Assembly: GCA_963792585.1 (NCBI GenBank)
Contig: CAWBWI010000006.1
Coordinates: forward strand, 192,001 to 256,000
Source: Candidatus Eiseniibacteriota bacterium
GTDB lineage: Bacteria; Eisenbacteria; RBG-16-71-46; CAIMUX01; VGJL01
DNA: 64,000 nucleotides
Reading direction: 5' to 3'
Below, one piece after another: positions 1 to 10,400 of this stretch (position 1 is its first letter; each line of letters starts with the position of its first letter). The translations under genes and the position numbers were made by a program. Under the pieces are notes generated by a model that did not search any database, had not been told where the DNA came from, and saw nothing but the letters and a program-made list of their open reading frames with translations.

Positions 1-1041
1 GAGCAGCAGAAGCGGCTCACCGAAATGGCCGCCTGCGCGGGCTGAGCTGCGAAGATCGCTCCAGGGGACCTGGAGCAGGTACTCGCGACCCTGCCACGCA
101 CGAAGAACCCTGATCTCCTCGTGGGGACCGAAACCCACGACGATGCGGGAGTTTTTCGTCTCTCGCCGGAACTTGCGTTGATCCAGACCGTCGACTACTT
201 CACCGCAATCGTCGACGACCCATACACCTTTGGTGCGATCGCGGCGGCCAATGCCCTGTCCGACGTCTACGCCATGGGTGGCGTGCCGCGGACGGCCCTG
301 AACATCGTCGGTTGGCCCCAGGGACAGCTCCCGTGGGAGGTCCTCGGGCAGATCCTCCGTGGCGGCTACGACGTCGTCCACGAATCGGGCGCCGTCCTCG
401 CGGGCGGCCACTCGGTGAAGTCTCCTGAGCTCTTCTACGGACTCTCGGTAACCGGGACGATCCATCCCGATCGGATCGTTACGAATGCGGGGGCCAAGGT
501 CGGCGATCTGCTTTTCCTGACGAAGCCGCTCGGCACGGGAATCCTCTCGACGGCCCTGAAGAAGGGCACGCTCGAGCCCGAACTCCTGACCATCGCCACG
601 GCGACGATGCGCCGGCTCAACGCGGGCGGCGCGCGCGCGATGGTGTCGGTCGGCGTGAGCGCCGCGACCGACGTCACCGGCTTCGGATTCCTCGGCCACC
701 TCCTCGAGATGGCCCGCGGGGCGGGCGTGACGGTCGAGATCGACGCGGCTCATGTTCCCGCGCTCCCGGGCGCGCTCGAACACGCCCGTGCGGGTGACAA
801 ACCGGGTGGGCTCACATCGAACCGGCGTTACGTCGAATCGAGTATCCAGGTCGACGGCGGAGTCGATCCGGCCGTCCTCGACCTGCTCTTCGACCCGCAG
901 ACTTCGGGCGGTCTGCTCATCTCCGTCCCCGAAGCGAAGGCCGATCTGCTCTCCGCCGCCCTGCTCAAGGAGGGGATCGCCGATGCCGCACGGGTCGGGA
1001 GGATTTCCGGTACCGGCCCCGGCTCCATTCGGGTCCGGTGA
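1..1041 (+). CDS. selD: Selenophosphate synthetase, selenocysteine-containing, 5'-truncated by the window edge
   Basis: Frame 1 from base 1 reads EQQKRLTEMAACAG-UGA(43-45)-AAKIAPGDLEQVL...DLLVGTETHDDAGV, in frame with ORF 121..1041. SelD motifs are present: G-U/C-x-x-K, DDAGV, QTVDYF, AANALSDVYAMGG, GGHS, TKPLGTG, ATDVTGFG, DPQTSGGLL. Confidence 0.96.
55..80 (+). promoter_or_regulatory. Bacterial SECIS-like hairpin of selD
   Basis: Perfect 8-bp stem GCTCCAGG-GGA-CCTGGAGC (58-76) starts 12 nt after the in-frame UGA and has a G-containing apical loop. It is extended by ATC/GGT pairing with a bulged A77. Confidence 0.8.
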
Positions 1042-1068
1042 GTCTTCATCCGAACCCAGCGAGGAACC

Positions 1069-4000
1069 ATGCGTATTCTTGTGATGTCCGCTCTGTGCTG
1101 CCTGCTGTCGGCCGGCGTGATCGTCTCCGCCTCCGCTGAACCGACCCCGCAGTTGCTGTTTCGCCCCGATATCCACGGGGATCAGGTCGTCTTCACCAGC
1201 GAAGGCGACCTGTGGCTCGGCTCGATCGCGTCGCACTCCGCCTCGCGGATCACATCCGACGACGGGGCGGAGGGGCCGGCGCGCTTCTCGCCGGACGGAC
1301 GGAGCATCGCCTTCACGGCGCATTACGACGGCGGAACCGATGTCTACCTGATGGACGTCTCCGGCGGCATGCCGCGCCGCCTGACCTGGGATCCCGCCGG
1401 CGCGACCGTCCAGGGTTGGACGCCGGACGGTCGGAACGTCGTCTTCAAATCCCAGCGCAACGGAGGGACATGGCGCAGTCGTTTCTGGAGCGTTCCCGCC
1501 GCGGGCGGAAGCCCCGCCCTGCTGCCGGTGCCGTACGGGGAGTTCGCGTCGATGAACGCGGACGGCAAGCGCCTGGCTTACGTGCCGGTGAGCGCGGAGT
1601 GGCAGCACTGGAAGCGCTACCGCGGCGGAAACGCCGATGACATCTGGCTCGCCGACCTGGCTGCCCACACCTTCCGGCGGCTCACCTCCGATCCCCAGAT
1701 CGACACGGAGCCGGTCTGGGTGGGGAACGAGATCTACTTCGTCTCCGATCCCGACGGGCACGCAAACCTCTACAAGTGTGACCCGGAGACCGGCGCCATC
1801 ACGCAGGCGACGCGGTACAACGACTTCGATGTGCGCTATCCGGGAACCGACGGCGCGCGGCTCGTCTTCGAGCACGGCACCGGTCTGGCGCTGTACGATC
1901 CCGCCGCCGACCGGACCGAGGAGATCCGGTTCGACCTCCACTCCGACAGGATCCACGCGCGCGAGCGGCGCGTGCCTGCGCTCAAGAACCTGTTCGGCGT
2001 GGCCATCGGTCCGACCGGAAAACGGATCCTCGTCTCGGCGCGCGGGCAGATCCTGAGCGCTCCCGTGGAGCAGGGTGAAGTGCGACCGCTGGCCGCGATC
2101 GCCGGCAGCCGCTGCCAGTATCCCGCCTGGTCCGTGGACGGCAAGCAGGTCGCCTACGTCTCGGATCAATCCGGTGAGGAACAGATCTACGTCGTCTCAT
2201 CGACCGGCGGCGCGGCCCGCCAGGTGACCAAGGACCACAAGGGCCCGCTTGGACCGCTTGCCTGGTCTCCGGACGGCAAGCGGCTCGCCACGAGCGACCG
2301 CGAGATGCGCATCTTCCTCGTCGACGTCGAGAGCGGCGCGATGACCCTGGTGGACCAGGCGGATCGCGGCGGCTCGTACGACGTCGTTCTCTCGTCGTAC
2401 CGCTTCAGTCCGGACGGGAAGTGGCTCGCCTACTCGAGGCTCGAGCCGAACTGGAACTCCGTCGTCTATCTCTACGACATCGCCGGAAGGAAGAGCACCC
2501 CGATCACGACCCCCGAGATGGGCAGCTACGCCCCCGCGTTCGATCCCGCCGGCAAGTATCTCTGCTTCCTCTCGGATCGGGTATTCAACGCGCGCGTCAC
2601 CAACACGAACCGGTTCTTCTCCTTCGACAAGGTCACCAAGGTCTCCATGGTCACGCTCTCCGCCAAGGAGAAGTCCCCCTTCCTGACGCCGAATGATCAG
2701 GAAGGCGTCGCGCCCGACTCCGCCGCGAGCGCCGAGAAGGAGGAAAAGGAGAAGAAGGTCGAGAAGGACGGAGCCGCGAAGAAGGCGCCCGAGCTTCCGA
2801 AGATGAAGGTCGACGTCGAGGGGTTGGCCGCGCGGATCGTCGAGGTGCCGGTGCCCGCGGACAACTACGTGCGCGTGGAACCGCTCGAGGGTCGTATTCT
2901 GCTCGAAACCTACGGGGCCGGCGGATCCGACGGCCCGTTCCCCGCACCTTGCCAGCTCCGAGCTTTCGACATCAAGAAGAAGGAGACCAAGGTCGTCGTC
3001 GACTCTCTCACCGATTTCCAGATCTCCGCCGATCACCTGAAACTGCTCCTTCAAGTCCGCCAGGAGTTCAGCGTCGTGGACGCCGCCGTCGATGCGGTCA
3101 CCCCCGACGACAAGAGCAAGATCACCGTCGACACGAATTCATGGATCGTCCAGGTGGATCCCGTCTCCGAGTGGCGGCAGATCTACGGAGAAACCTGGCG
3201 GGTCGGCCGGGATTTCTTCTATGACCCCGCGATGCATGGCGTCGACTGGCAGGCAGCCGGAAAGAAGTACGAGACCCTGCTGCCGGCCATGGCCGACCGG
3301 AGCGATCTGAACTTCGTCATCGGCGAGTTGATCGCGGAGTTGAACTGCGGGCACGCGTACGTCGGCGGTGGGGATCTGACCTCCGGGCGGAGACTGCCCA
3401 TGGGATACCTGGGCGCGGATCTCGAGCCGGTTTCGGGGGGGACGCCTGCGTACCGCGTGATCAAGATCTACCCTGGCGACGGTTTCGATCTCCAGGCGCG
3501 CTCGCCCCTGCTCGCTCCGGGAATCGACGTCAAGCCGGGCGACTACATTCTTGCCGTCGCAGGGCAGCCCGTCCGCGCGGATCAGGACATCCAGGCGATG
3601 CTTGCCGGAACGGCCGACCGGCAGATCACGCTCACGGTGAATGCCAAGGCATCGATGGACGGCGCCCGCGAGGTGCTGATCCGACCGATGGACAGTGAGT
3701 ATGCCGCGCGCTACTACGACTGGGTCGCAGGCCGGGTCGCCTATGTGCGCGAGCGTGGCGGCGAGAGATTCGGGTACCTGCACCTTCCCGATATGAGCGG
3801 AGCGGGACTGCGGGAGTTTGCGAAGCACTATTACGCGAATCTCGACAAGGACGCGTTGGTCTACGACGTGCGCTTCAACGGAGGCGGCTTCATCGACGGG
3901 ATGATCCTGCTCCAGATGTCATCGAAGCCCTACACCTACTTCAAGCCCCGCTACGGCGCCTCATGGACGCGCCAGGACTGGGCCTTCGCGGGCCACAGCG

Positions 4001-4392
4001 CCGCCCTCGTCAACGACCAGAGTTACTCCGACGCCGAGGAGTTTTGCGACGCCTTCCAGCGGCTGAAGATGGGGCCCGTGATCGGGGTCCGCAGTTGGGG
4101 CGGCGAGGTCGGGAGCGGTGGCGGCTACCCGCTCGTCGACGGCGGAAAGGTCTTCATCCCGAACTACGGCGAGTGGTCGCCCGACGGCAAGTGGCTGATC
4201 GAGGGAGCCGGCGTCATTCCCGACATGGTCGTCGAAGACGACCCAGCCGCGCTCATGGCCGGACGGGATCCTCAACTCGACAAGGCGATCGAGCACCTCA
4301 AGCAGAAGCTCCTCGCGGAGCCCGTGGCGCGGCCGGGTCCGCCGCCGTTCCCGGTCAAAGCGAATCGCGGGTCGGATACGGGAGGACGTTAG
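1069..4392 (+). CDS. Tricorn-like S41 family protease (beta-propellers, PDZ, S41 catalytic domain), exported
   Basis: Signal peptide; PD40/WD-like repeats (FSPDG, WTPDG, WSPDG); ELNCGHAY; PDZ region; DVRFNGGG; SYSDAE catalytic Ser motif; GVRSWGG; IEGAGVIPD; DPQLDKAI. SD GAGGA upstream. Confidence 0.93.
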   Translation: MRILVMSALCCLLSAGVIVSASAEPTPQLLFRPDIHGDQVVFTSEGDLWLGSIASHSASRITSDDGAEGPARFSPDGRSIAFTAHYDGGTDVYLMDVSGGMPRRLTWDPAGATVQGWTPDGRNVVFKSQRNGGTWRSRFWSVPAAGGSPALLPVPYGEFASMNADGKRLAYVPVSAEWQHWKRYRGGNADDIWLADLAAHTFRRLTSDPQIDTEPVWVGNEIYFVSDPDGHANLYKCDPETGAITQATRYNDFDVRYPGTDGARLVFEHGTGLALYDPAADRTEEIRFDLHSDRIHARERRVPALKNLFGVAIGPTGKRILVSARGQILSAPVEQGEVRPLAAIAGSRCQYPAWSVDGKQVAYVSDQSGEEQIYVVSSTGGAARQVTKDHKGPLGPLAWSPDGKRLATSDREMRIFLVDVESGAMTLVDQADRGGSYDVVLSSYRFSPDGKWLAYSRLEPNWNSVVYLYDIAGRKSTPITTPEMGSYAPAFDPAGKYLCFLSDRVFNARVTNTNRFFSFDKVTKVSMVTLSAKEKSPFLTPNDQEGVAPDSAASAEKEEKEKKVEKDGAAKKAPELPKMKVDVEGLAARIVEVPVPADNYVRVEPLEGRILLETYGAGGSDGPFPAPCQLRAFDIKKKETKVVVDSLTDFQISADHLKLLLQVRQEFSVVDAAVDAVTPDDKSKITVDTNSWIVQVDPVSEWRQIYGETWRVGRDFFYDPAMHGVDWQAAGKKYETLLPAMADRSDLNFVIGELIAELNCGHAYVGGGDLTSGRRLPMGYLGADLEPVSGGTPAYRVIKIYPGDGFDLQARSPLLAPGIDVKPGDYILAVAGQPVRADQDIQAMLAGTADRQITLTVNAKASMDGAREVLIRPMDSEYAARYYDWVAGRVAYVRERGGERFGYLHLPDMSGAGLREFAKHYYANLDKDALVYDVRFNGGGFIDGMILLQMSSKPYTYFKPRYGASWTRQDWAFAGHSAALVNDQSYSDAEEFCDAFQRLKMGPVIGVRSWGGEVGSGGGYPLVDGGKVFIPNYGEWSPDGKWLIEGAGVIPDMVVEDDPAALMAGRDPQLDKAIEHLKQKLLAEPVARPGPPPFPVKANRGSDTGGR

Positions 4393-4403
4393 CCAGGCGC
4401 GCC

Positions 4404-5543
4404 TCAGGCCCCACCCTCGGTGAGCGCCATCCGTCGCAGCCACCGGTAGTGAGATGCCACACCCGTCCAGAAGGTCCGGTGCTCCGCATAGCGGATGCCG
4501 TAGTCGCGACAGGTCGATTCGACGACCTTCGAGAGCTCGGGGTAGTGGATGTGGCAGATTCGAGGGAAGAGATGGTGCTCGACCTGGTAGTTGAGGCCGC
4601 CGAGGAACCAGGTGGCGAGTTTGCTCCCCCGCGCGAAGTCGACGGTCGTCTCGACCTGGTGGACGGCCCACGCCTTCTCCATCTCGGTCGTCCCTTCTCT
4701 CGGGAGTGGGAAGTCCGCTTCCTCGACGCAGTGAGCAATCTGAAAGACCACGGCGAGGATGATCCCCATCACGATGGCAACCACGCCATAGAACAGGAGC
4801 ACGGTCCAAATCGGATGGACGAGCACGGGGATTCCGATCATCAACGTGAAGAAGACAAGCTTGCCCGCAATGAAGGTCGCGAGCTCTCCGCCCTTCGGGC
4901 GAGGAAACCGGTGCGCCTGGATCTTGCCGACGATCACATCGCGAAAATCGCTGATGAGATGCCACTGCACGACCATGAAGCCGTAGATCGGCCATAGGTA
5001 GTAGTGCTGCCACCGGTGGAACGGGAGCTTCTTGCTCGCGGGCGCCATGCGACCCAGGAGGCCCACATCGATGTCCGTGTCGAGACCCGCGACGTTCGTG
5101 TACGTGTGGTGGAAGGTCGTGTGTCTTCCCCGGTAGAGGTACGAACTGCCGCCGATGAGGTCCAGCGTCATCGCCGCCAGCCGGTTGATCCACGGGCGGT
5201 CCGAGTAGGCCCGATGTCCGCCATCGTGCTGGATCCCGAGCCCGATGCCCGCCGTCGCGAGCCCGAGCATGATCGCCGTGGGAATGGCCTGCCACCAGGT
5301 GCGGACGACGAAGACGAGCAGGATGTAGAGGGCCGCGAAACTCGCCAGGAGGACGGCGCTCTTCAAGTACATCTGCCAGCAGTCCCGGCGGGACTTCCCG
5401 GTCCGATCGAAATAGCCGTCCACGCGTCGCCGGAGTTCGGCCTGAAATGCGTTGTCCCGCTGGTACTTCACCCGGTCCCCCGTATCCGCCACGGGGCGTA
5501 TCTGTGCGTTCATCAGTTTATGCGAAGCTCCTACGTTGCTCAT
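4404..5543 (-). CDS. Membrane fatty acid (acyl-CoA/acyl-lipid) desaturase
   Basis: Three His boxes (HDGGH, HTTFHHTYTN, QVEHHLFP) with hydrophobic segments; SD GAGGT before the ATG. Confidence 0.92.
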   Translation of the reverse strand: MSNVGASHKLMNAQIRPVADTGDRVKYQRDNAFQAELRRRVDGYFDRTGKSRRDCWQMYLKSAVLLASFAALYILLVFVVRTWWQAIPTAIMLGLATAGIGLGIQHDGGHRAYSDRPWINRLAAMTLDLIGGSSYLYRGRHTTFHHTYTNVAGLDTDIDVGLLGRMAPASKKLPFHRWQHYYLWPIYGFMVVQWHLISDFRDVIVGKIQAHRFPRPKGGELATFIAGKLVFFTLMIGIPVLVHPIWTVLLFYGVVAIVMGIILAVVFQIAHCVEEADFPLPREGTTEMEKAWAVHQVETTVDFARGSKLATWFLGGLNYQVEHHLFPRICHIHYPELSKVVESTCRDYGIRYAEHRTFWTGVASHYRWLRRMALTEGGA

Positions 5544-6321
5544 TGCACCTCAACACTTTCGATTCTGAAGAGAATATGCCCATCGAGAGTGCCCTTCAGG
5601 GGGTTGCCTCTCGACGTCGTCCCTCGAAATCGCCTCTCCAAGCCGCCCTCAGATTCGCCCTTCGAGTCCGCCCCTAGAGTTCGATACTAGCCGCCCCTGA
5701 CCGGGAAATCCGCCAGGGAACGCCCCGGAAAGATAGGGACAAAGTCGTATTGACGAAGGTGATTCCATAAGGGCAAAGCGGGCGGCGTCAGGAGTCGACA
5801 GGATGTCTCGTTCCCACAAGGGAACCCTCCCGACCAGGGCCTTGGTAGGTTCGGCCCAGCGCCTGATCGGCCCAGAACATCTTCTGATCAAGATACATAA
5901 GACTGCGCTCGAATTCCAGCGGAGGCGTGGCATGAGTCGCGGTAACTGACCTATGAATAACAGGTTACCGATAACAGCAACAAGAACGATTTGAGTTGCA
6001 CCTCCTGACATTCCGGCCGTAAGATGCTTGGTCACGATCCAAGCGGATCGTCCTCGATCCTCGAGCGTGATCGGCATGCTAGAGGCGACGAGGCTGCCTC
6101 CAACGAGGGGACCCGATGCGCAGAGTCATCCAGATCTCATGGGAACGGCTCCCGTTCACCTGAGTGCGTTGCCAATCGCGGCAGCGTGACTGCGCCTCGT
6201 TGAACCTCTAGCCCCCACATCGCGCCCCTTCGGTTCACTTCGCGCCACCCTGCCGCTCTCTTCGCCGGGTCCGCCGAAGTCATGAAACCTAAGACCTAAC
6301 CAAAGGGGAGACGAAACCGTC

Positions 6322-7344
6322 ATGAACAGAGCATGGATACTGTTGCTACCGCTGGTTCTCATGGGGGTGCCCATTCGCGCGCTCGCCGGCGGCTGTGGCT
6401 GAGTGCCCGTCTCGCTCCCCGTTGGGGAGCAGATCACGACCCACATCCCCGGTACGCTCCGGGCCGGCTACGGATTCGCCTATTCGGATACCGATCACTA
6501 CTACATCGGCGAGGAGCGCGATGCACCGACCGAGACGAATGTGGCGCCGGCCACTCTCGGCATCGAGCACATCCTCGGCCTCGAGTACGATCTGGCGCGG
6601 AAGTTCACCCTCGTCAGCGAGATCCCCTTCGTCCATACCGAGCAGAGCCGCAAGTTCGGCGGGGTTGCGGGGACCATGAAGGCAAGCGGGCTCGGCGACG
6701 TCCGCCTGCTTGCCCGTTACTGGATCTCCGACCAGAATCCCGGGCTTCGCTGGTATACCGCGATGGGGGTGCGCCTGCCGACCGGCGACTCGGACGGCAC
6801 GTTCCGCGCGAAGAACGGAATGCTCGTGACCAAGGACCTGGCCGCCCAGGCGGGGACCGGGAACCCGGCCGGGATCGTGGAGATCGGCGGCGGCGCCATG
6901 CTCGGCGATCGTATCGGCCTCGGCTTCTCGGCCCGGTACATCTTCACTCCGGATGCGACAACGGTGAACAATTTCCGCAACGAGTTGACGGGCAACGGCC
7001 CGAAGATGAACTCGGATTCGGACGCGGCAACGGCCCGTGTCAGGTTCAGTTCACCCCTGAGCATGGGGGACGGGGCCCTTTCCCGCGTGGCCGCCAGCGT
7101 CATCGCCGACGTGGCTTGGGTTCCCAACGACGATCTGATTGGTGAGACAGAAGGCTTCCGTCGTGCAGGGCCGATCGTCCTCCTAGGCCCCGGGCTCAGC
7201 TGGGCGCCACGCCAGGCCTTCGCCGTGTCGGCCGCCGTGCCGGTCGCGGTCTACAGGAACGTCCAGGAGAACGGGGGCAACGTGCAGGAGTGGATGCTCC
7301 AGCTTTCGCTCTCGTACAACATCCTGAATGGAGCAAGTCGGTAG
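6322..7344 (+). CDS. Candidate selenoprotein: exported outer-membrane beta-barrel ('transporter'/SphA/MetA-pathway-like) with N-terminal C-G-U motif
   Basis: SD AAAGGGGAG (6302-6310), then ATG 6322, signal peptide MNRAWILLLPLVLMGVPIRALA and GGCG-UGA(6400-6402), in frame with ORF 6403..7344. The body has GLGDVRL..Y and G.RLPTG motifs and alternating beta-strands ending LQLSLSY. A SECIS-like hairpin follows the UGA. Confidence 0.8.
6412..6433 (+). promoter_or_regulatory. SECIS-like hairpin of the candidate selenoprotein barrel
   Basis: 7-bp stem GCTCCCC-GTT-GGGGAGC (6414-6430) starts 11 nt after the UGA, with TC/GA lower pairs and a bulged A6431. It has the same TC-GCTCC...GGAGC-A-G frame as the selD hairpin. 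Confidence 0.7.
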
Positions 7345-7352
7345 CGGGAGAC

Positions 7353-7409
7353 GCTGAGGATGGTGGCGGGCAGACATCTCCAGCGGGAGATGCCGCCATC
7401 ATCCTCGGC
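7353..7409 (+). terminator. Long 3' stem-loop between convergent genes (terminator or stabiliser)
   Basis: 17-bp stem with two G-U pairs on the + strand, a 5-nt bulge, a 7-bp stem and an AGCG loop, starting 8 nt after the stop at 7344. No U-tract. Confidence 0.5.
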
Positions 7410-7492
7410 TGCACTCGGAACCGAAGGCTGCGCGACGAGCGGCCGTTTTTGTGGGCGGATTCCCCACTCGATTGCCGCAGCCACTCCGAATG

Positions 7493-10400
7493 TCAGTCGC
7501 CCGATCCGGGGATCCGAACCTCGACGGTGTGTTCGCGCCGGTCATCGACCAGAGGGATGCCGGCGTCCGTGCGCGCGACGCCGTCCATGGTCACCACCGC
7601 GCCGACCTCCGCTGCAGGCAGTTGCAGAATCGTGATGTGGTAGAGAGTTTCCCGATAGCGGTAGTGGATCTTGAAGGACTTCCAATCCGCGGGAATGCAC
7701 GGAACGAGCCGCAGCGTCTCCCCTTCCCGCCTGAGCCCCAGGAGCGACTCGACGATCAACCGGTACATCCAGCCCGCCGAGCCGGTGTACCACGTCCAGC
7801 CGCCTCGACCGGTGTGTGGAGGGTAGGCATAGACGTCGGCCGCCATCACGTACGGCTCCACCCTGTAGATCGCCGTTTCCGCGGGAGTCCTGGAGTGGTT
7901 CACGGGATTGATCATGCCCAAGAGGTCCCAGGCGCGCCTGCTGTCCCCCAGGGCCGCGAATGCCATCGCCGCCCAGACGGCCGCGTGCGTGTATTGCCCA
8001 CCGTTCTCCCTCACACCCGGGGGGTATCCCTTGATGTAGCCCGGGTTCAAGGCCGAGCGATCGAAAGGAGGGTCCAGGAGTTGGACCAGCCGAGCCTCCC
8101 GCCGAACGAGCCGCAGGTCCAACGCTTCCATCGCCTCGCGCGATCTCGCGACCTCGCCGGCCCCGCTGAGAACGGACCAGCTTTGAGCAATCGAGTCGAT
8201 CTGGCACTCGTCATTCTCGGCGGACCCGAGGGCCGATCCATCATCGAAGTACGCACGGCGATACCACCCACCATCCCAGCCGGCCGATTCTGCGCTGTCC
8301 CGCATCCGCTTCGCATCGCGCCCGCAGCTCTCCGCGAAAGGCAGATCGCCGCGCCTTCGGGCGAGTTCCGCGAACCGCACATACACTTCATGGCGGAAGA
8401 AGGCCAGCCAGACACTCTCGCCCTTTCCACCTGCCCCAACCATGTTCATGCCGTCGTTCCAGTCGCCGGAACCCATGAGTGGCAGGTCGCGTTCTCCCAC
8501 GCTCGAGCCATACCGAATCGCGCGGACACAGTGGTCGTACAGGGATGCGGTCTCATCGGACTGGGTCGGCAGATCGTAGTAGGAGTCCTCTTCGGCCTTG
8601 AGGGGTCGACCCACGCGGAACGGTATCGATTCCTCCAGCACTCCGGTATCTCCCGTGGCCAGGACGTATCGGGACGTCGCCAACGGAAGCCAGAGGTAGT
8701 CGTCCGAGCAGTGTGTACGCACCCCCCTGCCCGATGGCGGGTGCCACCAATGCTGGACATCTCCCTCTACGAATTGACGCGATGCGCAGAGAATCAACTG
8801 CTCCCGCAACAGGCGCGGCTCGGCATGAACGAGGGCCATCGCATCCTGCAGTTGATCGCGGAAGCCGAACGCGCCCCCCGGCTGGTAGTACCCGGTGCGC
8901 GCCCAGATCCTGCACGCCAGAGTCTGGTACAGAAGCCAGCCATTGGCCATCACATCCAGGGACGGCTCCGGGGTCTCGATGCGGACAGCGCCGAGGGTGT
9001 GATTCCAGTATTCACGCACTTCTTCGAGCGCGCCGCGCGCCGCATCGGATCCTCGGAACCGCTCGGCCAACTTTCCGGCATCGTCGGCGTTCTGTCCCAC
9101 GCCGAGCCTGAAGACGAGCTCGCGCTGGCGGCCATCGGCCAGGTCGAATGGAACCTGGATCGCAGCGCATGGGTCCAGGGCGACGCCGACTTTCCCCGAT
9201 AGGTGCGATCGCGACATGGCGGCCGGACTTCGCAGCGTTCCATTGCGGCCGATGAACTCGGTCCGGTCACAGCTGATCGTGCGCGACATGTCATCCGCGT
9301 CGAAGAAGGCGACGCGTCCCGCGAACTCCGTATTGTAGGGATTCCACGCGAACAGCGCCCCGGTCTTGGCGTCGATCTCCGTGCCGACATGCATCGCCGA
9401 CTTCGGACGAAGATCTCCGAGTACCCATTCCACGTATCCCGTCACGGAAAGCCGGCGGGCCCTTCCCGACTCATTGAGCACTCGCAGCGCCATGAATTTC
9501 ACCGGAGAGTCCGGAGCCACGTAGATCCATAGCTCCGAACGGATCCCATCCTCCGCGTGCTCGAAGACGCTGTAACCGAATCCGTGCCGGCAGATGTGGG
9601 TTCCGATTGCCGGACCGGGCAGCAACGTCGGTGACCAGAAGCGGCCGGTCTCCTCGTCCCGGATGTAGAAGGCCTCACCGCCGGTCTCGCTGACGGGATC
9701 ATTCGCCCACGGGGTCAGCCGAAATTCCTGGGCATTCTCGCTCCAGGTATAGCCGGGGCCGCTCTGCGAAACGACGGTCCCGAATTGCGGGTTCGCCAGA
9801 ACATTGACCCACGGCGCCGGCGTGGTTTGCCCTTGTTCGGTCTTGATCACATACTCACGGCCATCCGGCGAAAACCCTCCCAACCCGTTGAAGAAGGTCA
9901 ACTCCCTGCGCTCCTGCTCCGCGCCCGGGGGTGCGGCCCGACTCGCGCGCGTCATCGCGAATCGTGGGACGGGCAATTGCCCTTCGGCCGGTCGGCTCAT
10001 TTGATCCGCAAGCGTCCCCCGCCCATCGATGATGATGGCGCGCGCGACCGATTGGAGGAGGATCCGATCTTCATCGGAGATCTGCTCCGCAGATCGGACG
10101 AGAATGGTGCCGGAGCGATCGGAGGCGCCGGTCTCAATCCCTGCGGCGATGAATCCCATGATCTGCTCGTGCAGGACCTGCCGGTAACCTGCCTGATCTT
10201 CGTTCCAGATGACCAGGTCGACCGCCAGACCCTTCAAACGCCAGTACCCGTGCGCCTGAACGAGCTGGCGGACCAGATCGATATTCGATGGATCCCCGAT
10301 CCGCAGGAGCACGATCGGCAGGTCGCCGGAGATGGAGTACCCCCACAGCCCGGATTGGCCCCGATGATTCTTGATGAGGATGCCGGGCTCCGCGCGTAGC

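Noticed and set aside
5700..5790. c-di-GMP-I riboswitch-like words (GGAAAG...GGGACAAAG, GGGCAAAG)
   Set aside because: I could not build the P1/P2/P3 pairing. An Infernal scan would be needed.
5649..6077. 142-aa minus-strand ORF (and a 48-aa plus-strand ORF from 5813)
   Set aside because: No recognisable motifs, atypical composition, and mutually antisense; not supportable as genes.
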